DNA of 63,993 nucleotides, filler included, from NCBI GenBank assembly GCA_964501035.1. It is 6 parts of 6 records of this genome, joined end to end, with 100 filler letters (N's around TTAATTAATTAA, not from the genome) between each part and the next. Parts side by side here need not be neighbours in the genome. Positions count along the whole stretch, not along the records: positions 49,451 to 61,394 come from CAZCRK010000051.1; 5 more parts are not named here. One strand, given 5' to 3'. The notes under the pieces were generated by a model. The model saw nothing but the letters and a program-made list of their open reading frames with translations. It had not been told where the DNA came from and made no database searches. The position numbers and the translations under genes were made by a program. Shown piece after piece: positions 50,112 to 60,097 of the stretch (positions within the stretch are counted from its first letter, which is position 1; the number at the start of each line of letters is the position of its first letter).

Positions 50112-50965
50112 TTATTTTTTTCGACAGTTTGAATAAATACTGTCTTGTTTTCATCTAACAATTGGACTACAATGTCATGTTCCCCATCCGAAACTTCAAT
50201 AGGAATACTTCTCCAATATCCAAGTTCAAACTCATTGATGTTTCTGAAAGTTTTCCCTGAATTAGATGTTTTAAATTGAAAGGTTCCAATAGTTATGTTA
50301 TCCACCTTTACACGAAGTCTATATGAATCTTCATCTGAATATGAATCCATTGCCAATCTGCTGTTAATTGAAATCGTTTTTTCACCAACAGATGTGAACA
50401 ATAGTTCTTTTTGACTATTTAACTCATAAAATTCATGCGTAAAATCTAAAAAATATTTTTGTTCTTCATTTTTATCCAAAAGAACATTACTGACTGATTC
50501 TTCTTCAAATGGTTTATTAGCAAACATCCTTATTAAAATAGGAGCATTAAAATCATCCAAAGGAATCAACTCAATTTTATGATTACCATCTCCGACGATA
50601 TTTACAATATAATTTCCAGAAAATGTGTAACCATGCCCAGGGTGTTCAGGTGATTGGACATTTTTATTTATTCTATAGGTGTGTTCAATTTGAAACGATT
50701 CTCCATCAATAACAAGTTCATAACCAAAAAATAAACTTTTTCTATTTTTTTTGGGTGCTGCTCTTCTTGAAATAATTTTAATTTTACGTGACCCCTCAAT
50801 TGAATAAATCAATGGGTTTTTATTGAGAATTGTGTACTCACTTTCATTTGCACCAATTAATATTTTTTCTTTTCGCACTTCATTGATTGGGTCCATAAGT
50901 TTTCCAAATGAAAACGAAATAATAAATAAAATTAGAAAAGTTTTATAAGATTGAATCAGGTTCAT
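50108..50965 (-). CDS. Exported hypothetical protein with two beta-sandwich-like repeats
   Basis: Signal peptide; two halves with similar patterns (GSRKIKIISR...GDGNHKIELI and GEKTISINSR...SDGEHDIVVQ). Confidence 0.6.
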   Translation of the reverse strand: MNLIQSYKTFLILFIISFSFGKLMDPINEVRKEKILIGANESEYTILNKNPLIYSIEGSRKIKIISRRAAPKKNRKSLFFGYELVIDGESFQIEHTYRINKNVQSPEHPGHGYTFSGNYIVNIVGDGNHKIELIPLDDFNAPILIRMFANKPFEEESVSNVLLDKNEEQKYFLDFTHEFYELNSQKELLFTSVGEKTISINSRLAMDSYSDEDSYRLRVKVDNITIGTFQFKTSNSGKTFRNINEFELGYWRSIPIEVSDGEHDIVVQLLDENKTVFIQTVEKNN

Positions 50966-52085
50966 ATGAATACACTCTTTCTTTTATTTGTTTATGACTA
51001 TATATACCAACACCTATTGTTAATCCAGAAGCTAAAATCAGTGCAATAAGAGTTATAAAAATATTATACCTCATTTCAAAGTATAAATCACCTTCTCCCA
51101 CGGTTGGTAAAGGAATTGGTGCCCATGGAAATGCATAATATTGTTGTAAATCTTTCAAATTATGAATATGAATAATAGGTATGTGCATATTGGCGAATTC
51201 TTTAACTACACTCTTTCCATACAAATCTATTAAATCCGATCCGTCTGAAACTCCCTGAGGAATTAAGTTTGCATTTACATCTTGCCCTATACTGGCTGAA
51301 TTATCACCAATGTTAATGTATGCCTTTAAAGAATTTAGAGAATTATGTGAAGTGTAATACTCTAATCTCTTCTCAATATTTAGAGATAAACTATCCTCAT
51401 ATATCAATGGAATTTTATTATTATAAATTGATGCCCAGAGAATATCACGTCCATTTTCACCTATGTTTTTACCAATATCTGATTTCCCCCCAATTGAGGC
51501 GGCAATAGATTTGTAAGGGAATATGTTTTCTTTTAGTAAAATATCTTCCATTTCTAACCAAGTAAAATCTGGATTATTTGCTCCCCACTGTGACGAACCA
51601 ACTGATGTAATAATTACAGGGTTTAGTTTAAGAGTTTTACAGGCTGATAATATTGCAATATTCAAACCGGGGTATGAACCTGTTAAGGAAATCGCAATTG
51701 AATCACCCCTCTGAAGATTAGATTCTTTTAACAAATCAATAAATAAAGCAGCAAAATTAGGATTAAGCGATGTTTGTTTTTCAGAAAGATGAGCATTGTC
51801 AATGGTAATTGGTCCAAATTTCTTTCCAATCAAATAAGTATAGTTTGGGTCGCTAAGTGTATCAATATTAGCTAAATTATGGTTTAACCTATAATTCTTT
51901 AATACAGTTAAAGCTGAATTCATAATTTCAGCTGATGTAACTTTTTCATCATAATTATTTAACAATACTTTATCTTTGGAAGAAGATGCCCAAAACAACA
52001 TCAATAAACAAAATACTGCCAAGGCAAATAGAACCCGCGTTTGTTGAATTACTGGTCTAAACATGAATAAGTCCTTTCTCAACAA
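50943..52085 (-). CDS. pgsW: Poly-gamma-glutamate system protein PgsW
   Basis: DPNYTYLIG, KQTSLNPNFAA, SLTGSYPGLNIA, SVGSSQWGANNPDFTWLEMED, ASIGGKSDIG; follows pgsB and pgsC. Confidence 0.82.
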   Translation of the reverse strand: MLRKDLFMFRPVIQQTRVLFALAVFCLLMLFWASSSKDKVLLNNYDEKVTSAEIMNSALTVLKNYRLNHNLANIDTLSDPNYTYLIGKKFGPITIDNAHLSEKQTSLNPNFAALFIDLLKESNLQRGDSIAISLTGSYPGLNIAILSACKTLKLNPVIITSVGSSQWGANNPDFTWLEMEDILLKENIFPYKSIAASIGGKSDIGKNIGENGRDILWASIYNNKIPLIYEDSLSLNIEKRLEYYTSHNSLNSLKAYINIGDNSASIGQDVNANLIPQGVSDGSDLIDLYGKSVVKEFANMHIPIIHIHNLKDLQQYYAFPWAPIPLPTVGEGDLYFEMRYNIFITLIALILASGLTIGVGIYSHKQIKERVYSYEPDSIL

Positions 52086-52500
52086 TCATTATGACCAGTT
52101 GTACTATGGTAGCTGTTATAATTATAACACTTACCGTTCTGATAACACCCTGCCTATCCATCCAATTTGCAATCAGACCTGGAATTATATTACCAATAAC
52201 TGCTAGGTTGTATTGTGATTCCGTAAACATAACATGATTACGTGAAATATACCCTAGTAAAAATCCAATCAACAAACTCATTACAAGTCTTCGTTTCCCA
52301 TAAATTAGAATAAATTTAGATAATAACTGTACAATTCCAAAAGTTACAAAACTAATTACAAATGTTCCAATAACACGAAGGGGATCATGTAAATATAATG
52401 CGATATAACCAGGAACAATTACACCCCCTGCTGTTACTCCAAGAGTTTCAGTAAAAAATAAACTTAGAACAATTCCTAAGCCAATTGCTAATTCAACCAT
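52057..52500 (-). CDS. pgsC: Poly-gamma-glutamate biosynthesis protein PgsC/CapC
   Basis: GIVLSLFFTETLGVTAGGVIVPGYIAL, LIYGKRR, IGNIIPGLIANWMDRQG. Confidence 0.93.
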   Translation of the reverse strand: MVELAIGLGIVLSLFFTETLGVTAGGVIVPGYIALYLHDPLRVIGTFVISFVTFGIVQLLSKFILIYGKRRLVMSLLIGFLLGYISRNHVMFTESQYNLAVIGNIIPGLIANWMDRQGVIRTVSVIIITATIVQLVIMIVEKGLIHV

Positions 52501-53669
52501 TAACTTCTATGCCTTTTTAAATCTGATAAAAATTCATCACCCCATCCCACAATATTTCCAATTCCCATAATAAAATGGTTATCTAGTTTACTAAATGATT
52601 TTATTATAGTTTTAGGATGGGTTGCTTCAGTAAAAATTTCAACCTCAATTTCTGAATTATTTTTCATTTGTTTTTCCAAAAGTGGTGGTAGGTTATCTCC
52701 ACGAATAATCAACCTATTTGGTTTTATATGTTTAAATACTAAATCAATTAATTGATGGGTTCTATACCTTCTATCACTACGTGTATTTAAAAAAATACAT
52801 GATGGATTATCATGAATTCTATTGTGAAACAAATTCCATATCTGAAGAGTTGATTTTGGGTCATTTGCAGCAAAAGCACTCACAAAATGATTATTGACAG
52901 CTTCAAACTTTAAATTCCATACGACTAATGCACCTGGATCTGGTTGCGTATGTACCATTCCTTCAAGTGCAGTAACTTCTTCTACTCCAGCCATTTCACA
53001 AACTTTTACAGCCAAAGCAACATTTTCAGGATGCTCAAGAAACGGAAACCTATCCATATACTCTTCAGTAATTTTATCAGGGAAAACTTCTTCAACTGTA
53101 GAATTTCTAGTTTTTGCTACATTAACTAAATGTTGAACAACATCATGTTCAGCTGTAACTAATACTCCATCATTAGGAATTGTATTACCCATTGATAAAG
53201 CAATATCCTTCATTGTAGATCCCATTTCGTCTAAGTGATCTGGTCTGACATTTGTTATAACACTTATTGTAGATTTTACCATTTTTTGTTCAGCCACCCA
53301 CTGATATTGCGGTTGAACTGCCATGCATTCTATAACCACTGCATCTGGCTTTTTCTTTGAAAAATTTCGAAGTAATTTCACCTGCTCACCTATTGAAGCT
53401 GATCGTAGTCTGTGAATTAATTGATCTTTCCCATTTTCATCAATTATTCGGGGTGCAGAGCCTGTTGTTTTTGCAATTGTTTTTAATCCGCCTGCTCTTA
53501 AACCAGCTGCAACTAATCGAGTTACACTTGATTTGCCACGTGAACCATTAATATGAATTCGAATGGGTAACTTGGATAATACAATTTGATGATGATTGAA
53601 TTCAACAATTCCAATAACTATCAAAATAGAAATTAAAATACTAAGAGATAATATTACTTCAATGCTCAT
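52500..53669 (-). CDS. pgsB: Poly-gamma-glutamate synthase PgsB/CapB
   Basis: RIHINGSRGKSSVTRL, AKTTG, IGEQ, ECMAVQPQYQ, TNVRPDHLDEMG, AFAANDP; likely start MSIEVILS at 53669. Confidence 0.93.
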   Translation of the reverse strand: MSIEVILSLSILISILIVIGIVEFNHHQIVLSKLPIRIHINGSRGKSSVTRLVAAGLRAGGLKTIAKTTGSAPRIIDENGKDQLIHRLRSASIGEQVKLLRNFSKKKPDAVVIECMAVQPQYQWVAEQKMVKSTISVITNVRPDHLDEMGSTMKDIALSMGNTIPNDGVLVTAEHDVVQHLVNVAKTRNSTVEEVFPDKITEEYMDRFPFLEHPENVALAVKVCEMAGVEEVTALEGMVHTQPDPGALVVWNLKFEAVNNHFVSAFAANDPKSTLQIWNLFHNRIHDNPSCIFLNTRSDRRYRTHQLIDLVFKHIKPNRLIIRGDNLPPLLEKQMKNNSEIEVEIFTEATHPKTIIKSFSKLDNHFIMGIGNIVGWGDEFLSDLKRHRS

Positions 53670-53691
53670 TGTGCTGTTTTGAATAACGAAA

Positions 53692-53728
53692 AAAAGCCCC
53701 AATATCTAAATGAGAAATTGAGGCTTTT
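53692..53728 (-). terminator. Imperfect hairpin with T-tract between the C25 protein gene and pgsB
   Basis: AAAAGCCCCAAT...ATTGAGGCTTTT inverted repeat; the A-run on the left gives a U-tail on the minus strand. Confidence 0.5.
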
Positions 53729-53745
53729 ATCCCATATCTGCCTAT

Positions 53746-56700
53746 TTAACTTTCCAAAATTATGTTAATAATTTGAATAACATCTAATATGTTTATGGAT
53801 CCGTTTCCATCCATATCCGATACATACACACCCATAGGTTCTAATTCTATTGAATTAATAATTGCGTTTACAACCATTACAATATCCAAAATATCAATTC
53901 CACCATCTTGGTTAGTATCACCCATCATGGTCTCAATTGGGCTGTTAGTTGTTATAAATATTGCAGTTTGATTTCCTAATGGCATGGCAGCAGTTGGGTA
54001 CGAATTATCAAAGGAATATTGCAATGCAACATTACTATATTGATTTTCAATTCCTATAGTTGAGTAACAACCATGTGTCGGTGTATATCCACTGTAATTT
54101 CCTGCTGATGTATTATTAAATGTTTTGTATTGAATTTTAATTTCATTATCACCACTAGGTGTACCAAATGAATTATCATACAAAATAACTTGAAAGGTTT
54201 CAGTTGAGTTATTATTATAGGTTCTCATATTTGACCATTCAATGATAAATTTATTATCATCATAGTATTTATATACATCCCCATTACTTCCATTTTTCAA
54301 ATCATCCCAAAAGGCTGCAATCATTGGAGATGGACCGCCTGCGCCTGGAATTGGATAATTTCTAAATGATTCCATATTAGACTCGCCCATTGCAATCCAT
54401 CCATTGCTACACACAGTAATTTGGTTATAATCTTGACCATAGAAAGTAAAATTGAATGGTAAATTCACAACTTTTGAGCTATTGGTAATTCCATTACCGT
54501 TTCCATTATCACTTATATTTAAATTGGTTCCATTGCCACCATAATCAGGACTAATTTCAATCCAGTCATAGATAGGTGCTAGATTATACCCTAAATCTCC
54601 CGAGTCATAAATATAATATCCATGATTGTCTGGACCTAATGGGTCATCTTGACTAACTTCACCAATTTGTATATCTAAATATTCAACACGGTCATAACCA
54701 TTATCACTCGTAATATGTAATTGAACAGAAGCCATAGTTCCATTAATTGTATTTCCATTTGTTTGGATAGAGAAATAACTATTTGAAGTTGCATTTTGGT
54801 TTGGACCAATATCACCAAAGTAAGATTCCCCTTCAATTACATCAACTAAATTACTAGCCGACATAATTTCAACATTTACCCCTTCTAATGTATATTCACC
54901 TTTATTTCTCAATACTATATCAAAACTGCCACTTTCACCAGGTTGGATATCGCTATTTTGGAAATGATAGTTTTGAACAACGGCATATCCACCTATGAGG
55001 TTTAATGGAATCATCGCTTCATAGGTCTCTTCCCAGCCATCCGTAGTTATTTCTAAAAATAATTCTAGTTCTTCAAGATGAATTGCTGATTCATTCACTG
55101 AAAAAACAAATGGTATTCCATCAGTGGTTTCATTTGGGGCGACTGAGCCGTAATATGAGCTAGTTTGGTAAATATTTACAATTTCAGAATGTGTAGTTAA
55201 TGAAGCTTGAACACCAGTTATAGTTGAAGATGAGTAGTTTCTTAATGGAATTAATAACTCAATCGTTTCACCAGGATTTAAAATTCCATTTCCATTGCCG
55301 TTACTAGAACCAGAATTATCATCATCAATAACAAGTAAACTTTCGTCAATATTCAAACCATCATCATTAATTGTAAATATATTTTCAACTGGAATATAAT
55401 TTTGTTTGACAACTGTTACTGATACATCGCCACCTGAAATATAGTCTAAGCCAATAAATGCTATTCCTAAATCATTTGTAAGAACTGTTGTGAAAATTTC
55501 ATCATCGCCCTTTATTAAAGTGACTTTGGCGTCAGCAACAGCTATTCCATTCACATCATTTACTTCTACTTCAATAAAGTTAGTTCCAAACCCAATTTGT
55601 GAAGCAAGTTCGACTTCCATTTCAACTGGGGTATCTGTCCATAGATGCAATGCTGGATCACCCATTAAATTTGTCCAATGTGAAAAAATACTAACATTAC
55701 TACTTGGGTTTGTTGGGTATGTCCAATACAAAGAAAGACGTCCATTCGCTACGGCTGCTCCAGCTGTTTCTAGCCCCTTTGAAAAAATGCCATCATATAC
55801 ACCCATATCAACAATATTATTGAAGGCAGTATGTGTACCCGTTGTGGAAGTTCCAACTGACGCTACTGCACCTTCTGGATTTGTTGCTGAACCTGCACGC
55901 AAAAATGATTCACTTAATGAAGTTCCATCAAAATCGCCAGTACCACAAGTTATGAATGTTGCAAAAGGTGTCATATAACCATTATTTGCATTATTAATAT
56001 TGGATGATCCAAATCCACTTACTCCATAATACCCTCTGTAATTCATATAAAGAGAACCATCACTCAGTTTATTTTGCATCCATGAAGCATAACCACCATT
56101 TCCACCGTTTAACTGCACATTCTCAAATCCAAACGAGTTCATAATCCCTTGAATATATTCATTAGTTATAATAGTTGATTGTCCTGATGAAGATGGGTCA
56201 CCGCACAAAGCACTAGTTTCATACCAATCGGTACCAGTTGAACTAATATGACTTGCTTTTTCATACGCAATTGTTTTATTTATTACATTTGAAATATCAC
56301 TACTAGAATTGACTGAAATTCTTCCAATCATAACTTCCGGAAGTAAATCACTACCATCTAACTGACAATAAGGAAAATCTCCAGCACCGTAATATCCAGA
56401 CCAACTTTCATTGTATGTACTAATACCATATGAACCTCCGGTATCACCAATAAATCCAACTATTTCTGGTGGGTTTTCCCAACTTGCATATGCATTTTCT
56501 AAATAGTTTTTAATTGCTGAAGAACTAGAACCACCTGTTTCACTTGTAGATACAGCATATACAATATATCCCATTTTATGTCGCCACTCGATTAAATCTT
56601 GCACAAATGGATGGTTTAAAGAAGATCCACCACAAATGTACAAAATTGCAGGGGTTTGATAATCTTCATTTCGGGTTGAAATTTCATAGTTTACAATTTG

Positions 56701-57285
56701 ATCTTGCATTAACTGATCAAACAATCGTGATCTTGGCACATTCACAATATTTCGCTCGGGTGCATCAACTTCTTGAATGACTAATTCAATATCATCATAA
56801 ATTTCTAATTCATTCAATGTTGGATTGTATTTGTAAGGTGTTACGCTAATCTGCACTAATTCAATACCACGCATGACCATGGGTTGGGATAAAGTCACAT
56901 TTTGCTCAGGGTAAACAGAGTTTGAATTATAAATGTTGATATTTTTTTCAATATACTCATCATCATTGGCTATAATTTGCGATGGAGAGAGAATTATATC
57001 TGAAATCACATGGGATTCATTTACAATCATATTGACTTCTATATCTTTACCCGGATTTAACTGGTAAAAGGTTGAATAAACTGGTAACTCTGGCGCACCA
57101 TTTTCAGATAACGTTCCAAAAGCATCTGAAACTATTTTACTATCACCACTTTTAGTTTCAATCGAAAACTCACCAATTGAAAATTGAATTCTTTTGGATT
57201 CTGAATCATTTTTCATTGCAAAATGCCCAGTAGATGCAAACACTACACCAAAACTCCAACCAATTAAAATTAATCTAATAATCAT
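53746..57285 (-). CDS. Secreted peptidase C25 (gingipain-like) protein with propeptide, Ig-like domains and a C-terminal dockerin
   Basis: Propeptide GAPELP / MRGIELVQI; C25 motifs WRHKMG, PEVMIGRIS, KTIAYE, ITCGTGDF, NLMGDPAL; MIAAFWDDL domain; GDTNQDGGIDILDIV / DMDGNGSINILDV dockerin. Confidence 0.85.
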   Translation of the reverse strand: MIIRLILIGWSFGVVFASTGHFAMKNDSESKRIQFSIGEFSIETKSGDSKIVSDAFGTLSENGAPELPVYSTFYQLNPGKDIEVNMIVNESHVISDIILSPSQIIANDDEYIEKNINIYNSNSVYPEQNVTLSQPMVMRGIELVQISVTPYKYNPTLNELEIYDDIELVIQEVDAPERNIVNVPRSRLFDQLMQDQIVNYEISTRNEDYQTPAILYICGGSSLNHPFVQDLIEWRHKMGYIVYAVSTSETGGSSSSAIKNYLENAYASWENPPEIVGFIGDTGGSYGISTYNESWSGYYGAGDFPYCQLDGSDLLPEVMIGRISVNSSSDISNVINKTIAYEKASHISSTGTDWYETSALCGDPSSSGQSTIITNEYIQGIMNSFGFENVQLNGGNGGYASWMQNKLSDGSLYMNYRGYYGVSGFGSSNINNANNGYMTPFATFITCGTGDFDGTSLSESFLRAGSATNPEGAVASVGTSTTGTHTAFNNIVDMGVYDGIFSKGLETAGAAVANGRLSLYWTYPTNPSSNVSIFSHWTNLMGDPALHLWTDTPVEMEVELASQIGFGTNFIEVEVNDVNGIAVADAKVTLIKGDDEIFTTVLTNDLGIAFIGLDYISGGDVSVTVVKQNYIPVENIFTINDDGLNIDESLLVIDDDNSGSSNGNGNGILNPGETIELLIPLRNYSSSTITGVQASLTTHSEIVNIYQTSSYYGSVAPNETTDGIPFVFSVNESAIHLEELELFLEITTDGWEETYEAMIPLNLIGGYAVVQNYHFQNSDIQPGESGSFDIVLRNKGEYTLEGVNVEIMSASNLVDVIEGESYFGDIGPNQNATSNSYFSIQTNGNTINGTMASVQLHITSDNGYDRVEYLDIQIGEVSQDDPLGPDNHGYYIYDSGDLGYNLAPIYDWIEISPDYGGNGTNLNISDNGNGNGITNSSKVVNLPFNFTFYGQDYNQITVCSNGWIAMGESNMESFRNYPIPGAGGPSPMIAAFWDDLKNGSNGDVYKYYDDNKFIIEWSNMRTYNNNSTETFQVILYDNSFGTPSGDNEIKIQYKTFNNTSAGNYSGYTPTHGCYSTIGIENQYSNVALQYSFDNSYPTAAMPLGNQTAIFITTNSPIETMMGDTNQDGGIDILDIVMVVNAIINSIELEPMGVYVSDMDGNGSINILDVIQIINIILES

Positions 57286-57581
57286 TTTTCCCCTTCATAG
57301 CTTACATTTCATTAAACTGCTTATAAATAATACATCGGAAAATAATATCAGCACAGTTTATAATTATAACATTTGTTTGTTACAATATGTAATAAAAATA
57401 TCCTGAAAATTTCATTACTTTAAAAACCTTCCTCTCTAAGAGTCAATTTTTATAAAATATTTTTTAACAAATTGTTACAAACTGATTTCTCAAGTTTGTT
57501 GTTTTTATACCTAAATTAACCTGTCTATAATGACCACTATTTTTTATTAATATATTAACTTTCACAAAAAAAGGAGAAAAC

Positions 57582-58019
57582 GTGAAAAACATGATGAATA
57601 AAATAAAAGAGGGATTCACCCTAGTTGAGATCTTAATTGTTGTTGTGATTATTGGAATTTTGGCTACTATTGCGATACCAACTTATTTCAGCTATGTTGA
57701 AAAAGGATATGCATCGGATGCAAAAGTACAAATGAAGAATATTTTAGAAAACTCTTCTGTATTCAGATCAGATAATCCTGAATGGCCAAAAACAGTTGAA
57801 GAATTAAATGATGGTGGATATGCAAATGTTAAACAATCTACCTTAGAAAAATGGTCTTTCACAATTGACTTAAGTGATTCAGAAGAAGGTGGTGTTGAGG
57901 GAACTATTACTGCAATTAGTACTGCTAAAATGAAAGGCGGACCTGATAAAGAGATAGTTTTTGATGTTGTAACTGGTATTTTTGCTGGGTATGGACAAAG
58001 CAAAACAGAAAGCAACTAA
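57582..58019 (+). CDS. Type IV major pilin
   Basis: Prepilin cleavage motif EG|FTLVEILIVVVIIGILATIAIP; SD AAGGAG upstream. Confidence 0.9.
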   Translation: MKNMMNKIKEGFTLVEILIVVVIIGILATIAIPTYFSYVEKGYASDAKVQMKNILENSSVFRSDNPEWPKTVEELNDGGYANVKQSTLEKWSFTIDLSDSEEGGVEGTITAISTAKMKGGPDKEIVFDVVTGIFAGYGQSKTESN

Positions 58020-58022
58020 TTC

Positions 58023-59081
58023 ATGAGTCTTTCTATCAAAGACATGTTAAGCTATGCACTTGACAGTGAAGCATCTGATTTGCATTTAAGTGTAGGCTCA
58101 ATACCCATGGTTCGGATTCACGGAGAAATGAAAAAGCTTCAGCTTCCAGAAATGGATGACAGCACAATGGATTCCATAAAAAATGAAGTGATGAATGAAA
58201 ATCAAATTCATATTTTTGAAGAAAAACTAGAAATTGATTTTTCAACTTCTTTGGAAAACCGAGGTCGATTTAGGGTCAATTTTTTCAATCAAATAAATGG
58301 TGTATCCGCAGTGTTTCGAGCAATACCAACGGTTATTAAAAGTTCTGAAGAGCTTGGAGTGCCACCAATTATTAATCAATTAGCCATGAAAGATAAAGGT
58401 CTAGTATTATTAACTGGACCTACAGGTAGTGGTAAATCCACAACTTTAGCAGCAATGATTGATCATATAAATGAACAAAAACATTGCCATATAATTACAA
58501 TCGAAGATCCAGTTGAATATTATCAAGGTTCAAAAAATTGTTTAATTAATCAGCGAGAGTTGGGACAATCCACACATTCATTTGCAAATGCACTACGATC
58601 AGCATTGCGTGAAGACCCAGATGTGATTTTAGTTGGAGAAATGCGAGACCTTGAAACCATTCAGCTCGCATTAACGGCTGCAGAAACGGGTCATTTGGTG
58701 TTGTCAACTTTACATACTTCATCAGCGGTTAAAACCATTGATAGGATTATTGATGTTTTTCCATCAGGTCAAAAATCTCAAATCCGATCCATGTTATCAG
58801 AAAGTTTGTTAGCAGTAATAGCTCAAAAACTCTTACCAACAAAGAATAGAGATGGACGAATCCCTGCATGTGAAGTCATGGTGGCTTCTTCAGCAATTAA
58901 GAATTTGATTCGTGAAGATAAAATCTATCAAATTCCTTCTCTCATTCAATCTGGTGGACAAGATGGTATGCAAACCTTAGATCAAGATTTACAACGACTC
59001 CTTCATAAAGGTGAAATTGAACGATCGGATGCTATCCAAATTGCTGATAATTCTGAATTATTCGAAAAAGGAATATTTTAG
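58023..59081 (+). CDS. pilT: Type IV pilus retraction ATPase PilT
   Basis: ASDLHL, TGPTGSGKSTTLA, TIEDPVEY, LREDPDVILVGEMRD, AIKNLIRE, GMQTLDQ. Confidence 0.95.
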   Translation: MSLSIKDMLSYALDSEASDLHLSVGSIPMVRIHGEMKKLQLPEMDDSTMDSIKNEVMNENQIHIFEEKLEIDFSTSLENRGRFRVNFFNQINGVSAVFRAIPTVIKSSEELGVPPIINQLAMKDKGLVLLTGPTGSGKSTTLAAMIDHINEQKHCHIITIEDPVEYYQGSKNCLINQRELGQSTHSFANALRSALREDPDVILVGEMRDLETIQLALTAAETGHLVLSTLHTSSAVKTIDRIIDVFPSGQKSQIRSMLSESLLAVIAQKLLPTKNRDGRIPACEVMVASSAIKNLIREDKIYQIPSLIQSGGQDGMQTLDQDLQRLLHKGEIERSDAIQIADNSELFEKGIF

Positions 59082-59522
59082 ATGAAACTGAAGAAACTCC
59101 AACATGGATTTACACTGGTTGAAGTTATTACTGGTGTCATCATCACTTCAATTGCTGCAATGGCAATTATGAAGGGAGTTTCTTCCTCTGCATCTTCATT
59201 GAAATCAATTCGGATTAAAGAAAAAGCATTTGAAGAATTGAAAATCTGGACGGATGATTGGAAAAGTAAAATTGCTGGTGGAGTTCATGTTAATCCTGGA
59301 CAATACCCACCATTTGGTAAAACAATTACCCTCATAACAAATGAAGATAACGAAACTGTAATTACAGGCAGATTGTTTCGAGATATTCGAAAGTCAAGAG
59401 ATTCAGGCGAATATTCTGAGTTTTATCAAATAAAAACATGGATTGATTGGGAAGATATGACTTCTGGTAAAGAAGTAAGCAAAAATTTAGAATTTATAAC
59501 ATACCAATTGGCTCTTAAATGA
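59082..59522 (+). CDS. Minor pilin (PilV-like)
   Basis: HG|FTLVEVITGVII N-methylation motif. Confidence 0.8.
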   Translation: MKLKKLQHGFTLVEVITGVIITSIAAMAIMKGVSSSASSLKSIRIKEKAFEELKIWTDDWKSKIAGGVHVNPGQYPPFGKTITLITNEDNETVITGRLFRDIRKSRDSGEYSEFYQIKTWIDWEDMTSGKEVSKNLEFITYQLALK

Positions 59523-60097
59523 TTTTTTTGGATAAAATATCAAGCTCTGGTTTTGCTCTTGTCGAAGTTGTGCTTTCAATGGTAATTACTGGTGCAATAT
59601 CATTAGGAATGTTTTATATTTTTACTGAAGCCAATCATCACCTAGTAAAAGAAAATACACGAACTGAAGTGATCAATTACTGTAATGACATATTGGATGA
59701 AATTGTTGACTCATTACGTGTATGTGACGACTATCAAAGAGGTCAGTATGGTGGATTTCAACAACTAGCAATTCAAACATTAGATAGTGAAAATGAACCT
59801 ATCTCCACAATTTATAAATTTGATTCACGTAACGGTTTTCTAAAAAACAGTTTACCAATGAAACATTATTTTGCAACTGATAAGCAACGGCAAAAACAAT
59901 ATAGACTTGTTAACTGGGGATGTAGAATTCCTAGTGCAGATCCGGGTGAAGATGAAAAAATTCGTTTAGCAAAAAATTATTGTTATATGAATGTGGAAGT
60001 CATGGATGAAGTAGATGACTCTAAAGTAATAGAAACTCTATCTTTTGAAAGAGAAGTTTTTTCAAGTTCTATATTCATAAAGTCTTTGGGAATATGA
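59519..60097 (+). CDS. Minor pilin (PilW-like)
   Basis: SG|FALVEVVLSMVITG motif. Confidence 0.75.
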   Translation: MIFLDKISSSGFALVEVVLSMVITGAISLGMFYIFTEANHHLVKENTRTEVINYCNDILDEIVDSLRVCDDYQRGQYGGFQQLAIQTLDSENEPISTIYKFDSRNGFLKNSLPMKHYFATDKQRQKQYRLVNWGCRIPSADPGEDEKIRLAKNYCYMNVEVMDEVDDSKVIETLSFEREVFSSSIFIKSLGI

